This document shows positions 25,948 through 31,570 of a stretch of 31,570 nucleotides of DNA, one piece after another; the stretch's first letter is position 1; each line of letters starts with the position of its first letter. The notes under the pieces were generated by a model. It worked only from the letters and a program-made list of their open reading frames with translations, was not told the origin of the DNA and made no database searches. The position numbers and the translations under genes are program-made. The stretch is from Nitrospinaceae bacterium (GTDB taxonomy: Bacteria; Nitrospinota; Nitrospinia; Nitrospinales; VA-1): contig JBHHVU010000038.1 in assembly GCA_046754465.1 (NCBI GenBank), positions 1 through 31,570 on the forward strand, in the 5' to 3' direction.

Positions 25948-27192
25948 TCATGGAACATCGCGAAACCGGTATCCCTTGGGGATCACGATGATATTGGATT
26001 CCTCATCGACCAAAAACCGTTTTCTGTCTTCCTCCACGTTATACCCGATCGACACGCCCGGGGGGATATGGACATCCTTGTCAATGATGGCCATGGTGAT
26101 TTTGCAGTTTTTCCCGACCCGGACCCGGTCCATGATAATGGAATTGATGATGGCGGCGCCACTGTCTATCAGGACATCCCGTCCAATGATGGAATCCTGA
26201 ACGATCCCTCCGGAAATGATGCTCCCTTCGGCGACGATGCTGTTGACCGCCTGGCCGCGCCTTCCATCCTCGTTGAAGACGAATTTGGCCGGGGGTCCGC
26301 CGTATTGTGTGGTTTTGATCGGCCAGCGGTCGTTATAAAGATTGAACACGGGGTTTATATTTCTCAAATCCATGTTCGCTTCCCAAAAAGCCTTGATGGT
26401 TCCCACGTCTTTCCAGGCGCCGACCTCCTGGATCGAACTGCCCGGGACCCGGTTGGAACGAAAATCATAAGCAAAAACCCGATGGGAGTTATACACCCGG
26501 GGCAAAATGTTCTTGCCGAAATCATGGTTGGAGCCTTCCTCCGCGGCGTCTTCGTAAAGGATCTTGATTAGAAAATCCGTGTTGAAAATATAGTTCCCCA
26601 TGGAAGCGAAGGTTTCCCCAGGCCGGCCCGGAATGGGGACCGGTTGAGATGGTTTTTCCTGGAAACCGATAATGCGCTGGTCCTGGTCGACCTGGATGAT
26701 CCCGAAGCTCCGCCCCTCCTCAATGGAAACCGGAAGCGCCGATACGGTGATTTCGGCCTGGTTTTTGAGGTGAAAATCGATCATTTGCCGGATGTCCATC
26801 CGATAAATATGGTCTGCGCCGAACACGGCCACCAGATCGAAACTGTGCCCCTCGATCAGGTTGATGTTTTGGTAAATAGCGTCCGCCGTGCCCAGGTACC
26901 AGCTTTCCCCCGTTCGTTTTTGTGCGGGAACGGGAAGGATGAAGTGGTCCGAAATAATGGAACTGAACCGCCATCCCTCTTGCAAGTGCTCCGTCAACGA
27001 TTGGGATTTGAATTGGGTGAGAACGTAAATCGAATAGATATTGGAATTGATGAAATTGCTTAAAACGAAGTCGATCAGCCGGTATTTGCCGCCAAAGGGA
27101 ACGGCGGGTTTGGCCCTTTCTTTCGTCAGGGGATAGAGTCGGCTTCCCTCCCCACCAGCAAGGATCATTCCGAGAACATTCAAGGCTCGCAT
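25948..27192 (-). CDS. glgC: Glucose-1-phosphate adenylyltransferase (ADP-glucose pyrophosphorylase)
   Basis: ILAGGEGSRLYPLTKERAKPAVPFGGKYRLIDF, GTADAIYQN, GADHIYRMD, ASMGNYIF, DFGKNI. Confidence 0.97.
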   Translation of the reverse strand: MRALNVLGMILAGGEGSRLYPLTKERAKPAVPFGGKYRLIDFVLSNFINSNIYSIYVLTQFKSQSLTEHLQEGWRFSSIISDHFILPVPAQKRTGESWYLGTADAIYQNINLIEGHSFDLVAVFGADHIYRMDIRQMIDFHLKNQAEITVSALPVSIEEGRSFGIIQVDQDQRIIGFQEKPSQPVPIPGRPGETFASMGNYIFNTDFLIKILYEDAAEEGSNHDFGKNILPRVYNSHRVFAYDFRSNRVPGSSIQEVGAWKDVGTIKAFWEANMDLRNINPVFNLYNDRWPIKTTQYGGPPAKFVFNEDGRRGQAVNSIVAEGSIISGGIVQDSIIGRDVLIDSGAAIINSIIMDRVRVGKNCKITMAIIDKDVHIPPGVSIGYNVEEDRKRFLVDEESNIIVIPKGYRFRDVP

Positions 27193-27345
27193 GTCACCTC
27201 CCTGAGAACAAGGATTTTTGGAGGAGCAGGGTTTTTCGGTTCAAGAGCGTAAGGACGCGTATGGGACAGAAAATGGATCGGGGAATGGTGTCACCCGCAA
27301 AGATTCAGGTTCGCGATTTTGGACCTTGTAACCACTTGAATTGCA

Positions 27346-27375
27346 ATAGTAACTTTCATTCCACGGTTCTGTCAA
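27346..27375 (-). promoter_or_regulatory. Putative sigma70 promoter of glgC
   Basis: Minus strand TTGACA-18 nt-TACTAT. Confidence 0.5.
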
Positions 27376-27419
27376 CTCATAATAGGCGCCGAGGAGGCCG
27401 GGGGAGGGTGGGATGGGGC

Positions 27420-27449
27420 AAAAAAAACCCCGGCCCGTGGGCCGGGGTT
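27420..27449 (-). terminator. groEL intrinsic terminator
   Basis: Stem AACCCCGGCCC/GGGCCGGGGTT followed by a T tract on the minus strand. Confidence 0.85.
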
Positions 27450-27480
27450 GAAGATGCGGTTCGGGCCGCGAGAGGCCAGT

Positions 27481-29157
<1,677 letters not shown>

Positions 29158-29204
29158 TTATTATCAGATTATTCGTTACCCGTTAAAAAATGGGTATGCG
29201 ATTT

Positions 29205-29495
29205 TTATTTTTCGATGACTCCCAGAACCTCATCTTCCCTCATCAGCAGATACTCTTCCCCGTCAATCTTGATTTCCGTGCCGCCGTATTTGCTGTAGAG
29301 AACTTTATCGCCTACCTTGACATCCATCTTAATGTGTTGGCCGTCCTCGCCGACTTTTCCTTTGCCCACGGCCTTCACCCGGCCTTCAATGGGTTTTTCC
29401 TTGGCGGAATCGGGAATGATGATTCCTCCTTTGCGGACCTCTTTCTCCAGGATGGGTTGAACCAGAATTCGATCTTGTAAAGGTCGGATTTTCAT
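29205..29495 (-). CDS. groS: Co-chaperonin GroES
   Basis: [12 protein letters not shown]...[13 protein letters not shown]...[24 protein letters not shown]. Confidence 0.98.
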   Translation of the reverse strand: MKIRPLQDRILVQPILEKEVRKGGIIIPDSAKEKPIEGRVKAVGKGKVGEDGQHIKMDVKVGDKVLYSKYGGTEIKIDGEEYLLMREDEVLGVIEK

Positions 29496-29656
29496 AAATG
29501 CTCCTTTAAAAAATGATAAACTCTCGTTAGACAACACTTATCTAAAATTGGTGCGTAACAATTCCACTCAGGACCGTTGTTTTGTATCTATATGAATTTC
29601 AAGCGATTATTCAGAATAGGGTCTAATTTTCCGGTTTTTCAATACTTGCTGCATTG

Positions 29657-29683
29657 TTGGCACTCACTGGCGAGGAGTGCTAT
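29657..29683. promoter_or_regulatory. CIRCE element (HrcA operator) upstream of groES
   Basis: TTGGCACTC-N9-GAGTGCTAT versus consensus TTAGCACTC-N9-GAGTGCTAA; lies just downstream of a minus-strand TTGATT-16 nt-TATGGT promoter candidate. Confidence 0.9.
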
Positions 29684-29759
29684 TAAACCATAATATCTAA
29701 ATTTTGAAAATCAAGTTTTCGCGGAAAAAAAAATAAAAAAAATTAAAATTATTTAATCA

Positions 29760-30152
29760 ATGAAAAAACAAATAGTTAGAAAACTAGAAACCTTTCCCAA
29801 CCCCCGTCCCGACCGGGATTACGAAATTGAAATGGAATGTCCCGAATTCACCTGCCTCTGTCCCAAAACCGGTCAGCCCGACTTCGCCGTGGTGGAAATC
29901 CGTTACGTTCCCGGCCAACTTTGCATCGAGCTCAAATCGCTCAAGCTCTACCTGTGGTCCTACCGCGACGAGGGGGGGTTCCATGAAAAAGTGATCAATC
30001 AGATCCTGGACGACCTGGTCACCGTCTGCCAGCCCCGGGAAATGCGGATCATTGGCGATTTCAACGTGCGCGGCGGCATCCATACCACCATCACCGTCGA
30101 ATACAAAGCCCCGGCGGGGGAAGTGCAGGGGGGGAAGAAAAGGAAATCATGA
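29760..30152 (+). CDS. queF: NADPH-dependent preQ0 reductase, short unimodular type
   Basis: [42 protein letters not shown]. Confidence 0.95.
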   Translation: MKKQIVRKLETFPNPRPDRDYEIEMECPEFTCLCPKTGQPDFAVVEIRYVPGQLCIELKSLKLYLWSYRDEGGFHEKVINQILDDLVTVCQPREMRIIGDFNVRGGIHTTITVEYKAPAGEVQGGKKRKS

Positions 30153-30562
30153 CGTTTTCGCTGAATCCTGAAAATTCAGCGGCGATTCACCAGATAAACC
30201 GCCAGGAGGACCGAATGTGGAATCGAACCGGGGAGTGTAATCAATGCGGAGAATGCTGCAAAACCGTGAACATTACCGCCGTGCGCGACCTAGCCTTGCG
30301 GCAGCACGGGAACATGGAAGAGCTCGAGCGGTATATGAGTTATCGTGGGATCCAGGTGGTGGGGTCCGATGAAGAAAGAAACCTGATCTTTTATTCGATC
30401 CGCAACCCCTGCAGCCAGCTCGGACCCGAGAACGAATGCCAAGTTCACGGGAAGCCGGAGAAGCCACTCATCTGCCACCGTTACCCCCGCACCCCGGATG
30501 ACATCCCCGAATGCAGCTACCGCTTCACCCAAGGGGTCAAGTCTCCTCTTGCCTTCATCTGA
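30149..30562 (+). CDS. YkgJ-like CxxCxxCC cysteine-cluster protein
   Basis: CNQCGECC ... CSQL...CQVH...KPLICHRYP...C; ATGA overlap with queF. Confidence 0.8.
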   Translation: MTFSLNPENSAAIHQINRQEDRMWNRTGECNQCGECCKTVNITAVRDLALRQHGNMEELERYMSYRGIQVVGSDEERNLIFYSIRNPCSQLGPENECQVHGKPEKPLICHRYPRTPDDIPECSYRFTQGVKSPLAFI

Positions 30563-31570
30563 AGCGGGTTGTAAAATGTTCCCATGGCCCGGCCTTTACG
30601 CATAGAATATCCTGGTGCTTTGCACCATGTGATGAATCGTGGATCAAACCGTTCACCGATCTTCCGTGACAGGAGAGATTATGAAGAATTCCTCCAAACC
30701 CTATGGGAGGCTTGCGGCCTTTTTAAAGTTTCAGTGTATGCCTACTGTCTTATGCCGAATCACTACCACGTATTGATCGTTACCCCCGAAGGGAACGCAT
30801 CGCGTTTCATGAGGCATTTGAATGGTGTGTATACGCAACGGTTCAACCGCGCCCACAATCGGGATGGGCCACTGTTCCGGGGACGGTATAAAAGTGTTCT
30901 GGTCCAGGCGGACGATTACCTTTTGCAAGTGGTCCGATATATCCATTTAAATCCGGTGAAGGGAAAACTGGTCGACCGCCCAAGGGAGTACGAGTGGAGC
31001 AGCTATAATTTTTATTTGAGGCCCCAGGGTGAGCCTGGGGGTTTGGGCACTGAGTGGGTTTTGAGTCTTTTTTCCCGTCAAAGGAAAAAGGCCGTTCAAG
31101 CTTTTAGAAAATTCATGGGCGACCCCGTGAGCGCCAATGTGGAGCGATTTTATTCTTCAAGGAAGCTGGGCAGTATTTTGGGAGATGATGGGTTTGTCGA
31201 GCGAATTAAGGAACAATATATTTATTCGGATCCGTCTCCAGATATGGAAGTGAGGGAAATAAGGAGATTCCGGGGAGAGGGCGTCATTCAAATGATCAAC
31301 CGGGAAATCTGCCGAACCTTTAAAGTCAAGGAGGAATCACTTTTTCAAGGAAGGCGGGGAAGGAAAAATTTACCTCGTCAAATGGCGGTTTCGCTGTCGC
31401 GGGAATTATCCGGATTGAATCTCAGGGAAATCGCGGAATCCTATGGGATCAAATCCTACAAAACGGTCGAGAGCCACTATTCCCGGATACAAACCGTGAT
31501 GAAAGAAGACAGAAAATTGACTGAGAAATATTTAACGATTAAGAATAGATGCAGGCAAGAGGAGATTTGA
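30533..31570 (+). mobile_element. Inverted-repeat-bounded RAYT-like Y1 transposase element (right end probably extends past the window)
   Basis: 30537-30560 TCAAGTCTCCTCTTGCCTTCATCT versus the reverse complement of 31547-31570, TCAAATCTCCTCTTGCCTGCATCT: 22/24 identity. Confidence 0.75.
30584..31570 (+). CDS. RAYT/IS200-like HUH (Y1) transposase with C-terminal DnaA-C/TrpR-like HTH
   Basis: MARPLRIEYPGALHHVMNRG, AYCLMPNHYH (HUH), GPLFRGRY, RYIHLNPVK (catalytic Tyr), YEWSSY; C-terminal PRQMAVSLSRELSGLNLREIAESYG. Confidence 0.9.
   Translation: MARPLRIEYPGALHHVMNRGSNRSPIFRDRRDYEEFLQTLWEACGLFKVSVYAYCLMPNHYHVLIVTPEGNASRFMRHLNGVYTQRFNRAHNRDGPLFRGRYKSVLVQADDYLLQVVRYIHLNPVKGKLVDRPREYEWSSYNFYLRPQGEPGGLGTEWVLSLFSRQRKKAVQAFRKFMGDPVSANVERFYSSRKLGSILGDDGFVERIKEQYIYSDPSPDMEVREIRRFRGEGVIQMINREICRTFKVKEESLFQGRRGRKNLPRQMAVSLSRELSGLNLREIAESYGIKSYKTVESHYSRIQTVMKEDRKLTEKYLTIKNRCRQEEI

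Noticed and set aside
29700..29759. preQ1 riboswitch upstream of queF
   Set aside because: An A-rich tract is present but there is no P1 stem or loop consensus. It is better explained as the UP element of the divergent groES promoter.

Overview
A GC-rich bacterial chromosome segment, mostly housekeeping. The gene style and a c-type cytochrome/EbdC-type heme-b fusion suggest Nitrospinota or a Deltaproteobacteria-like lineage (inference only). Left to right: a partial zinc-ribbon/acidic protein missed by the ORF track; a divergent envelope cluster (lytic transglycosylase, diheme c lipoprotein, FimV-like/LysM/NTF2/2xSPOR protein); HU; def; MFS; a cytidylate-kinase-like protein; the cytochrome c/heme-b fusion; a sterol desaturase-family protein; pyk; small membrane proteins; Hsp20; and an accessory islet at the 3' side of tRNA-Ile2(CAT) holding an IS3 remnant, an RHH-GNAT toxin-antitoxin pair with its operator, and hicB plus a nonsense-interrupted hicA. 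Then come yqeY-dnaG-rpoD, a sigma54 promoter-driven secreted protein facing a PAS-bEBP activator, namZ, glgC, CIRCE-controlled groES-groEL, and queF coupled to a Cys-cluster protein. The window ends with a RAYT-like HUH (Y1) transposase carrying a C-terminal HTH. The most striking structure is that transposase: it sits between 24-bp inverted repeats (22/24 identical). One repeat forms the 3' end of the upstream gene and the -35 box of an apparently leaderless promoter, and the other encodes the transposase's own C-terminus and stop codon.
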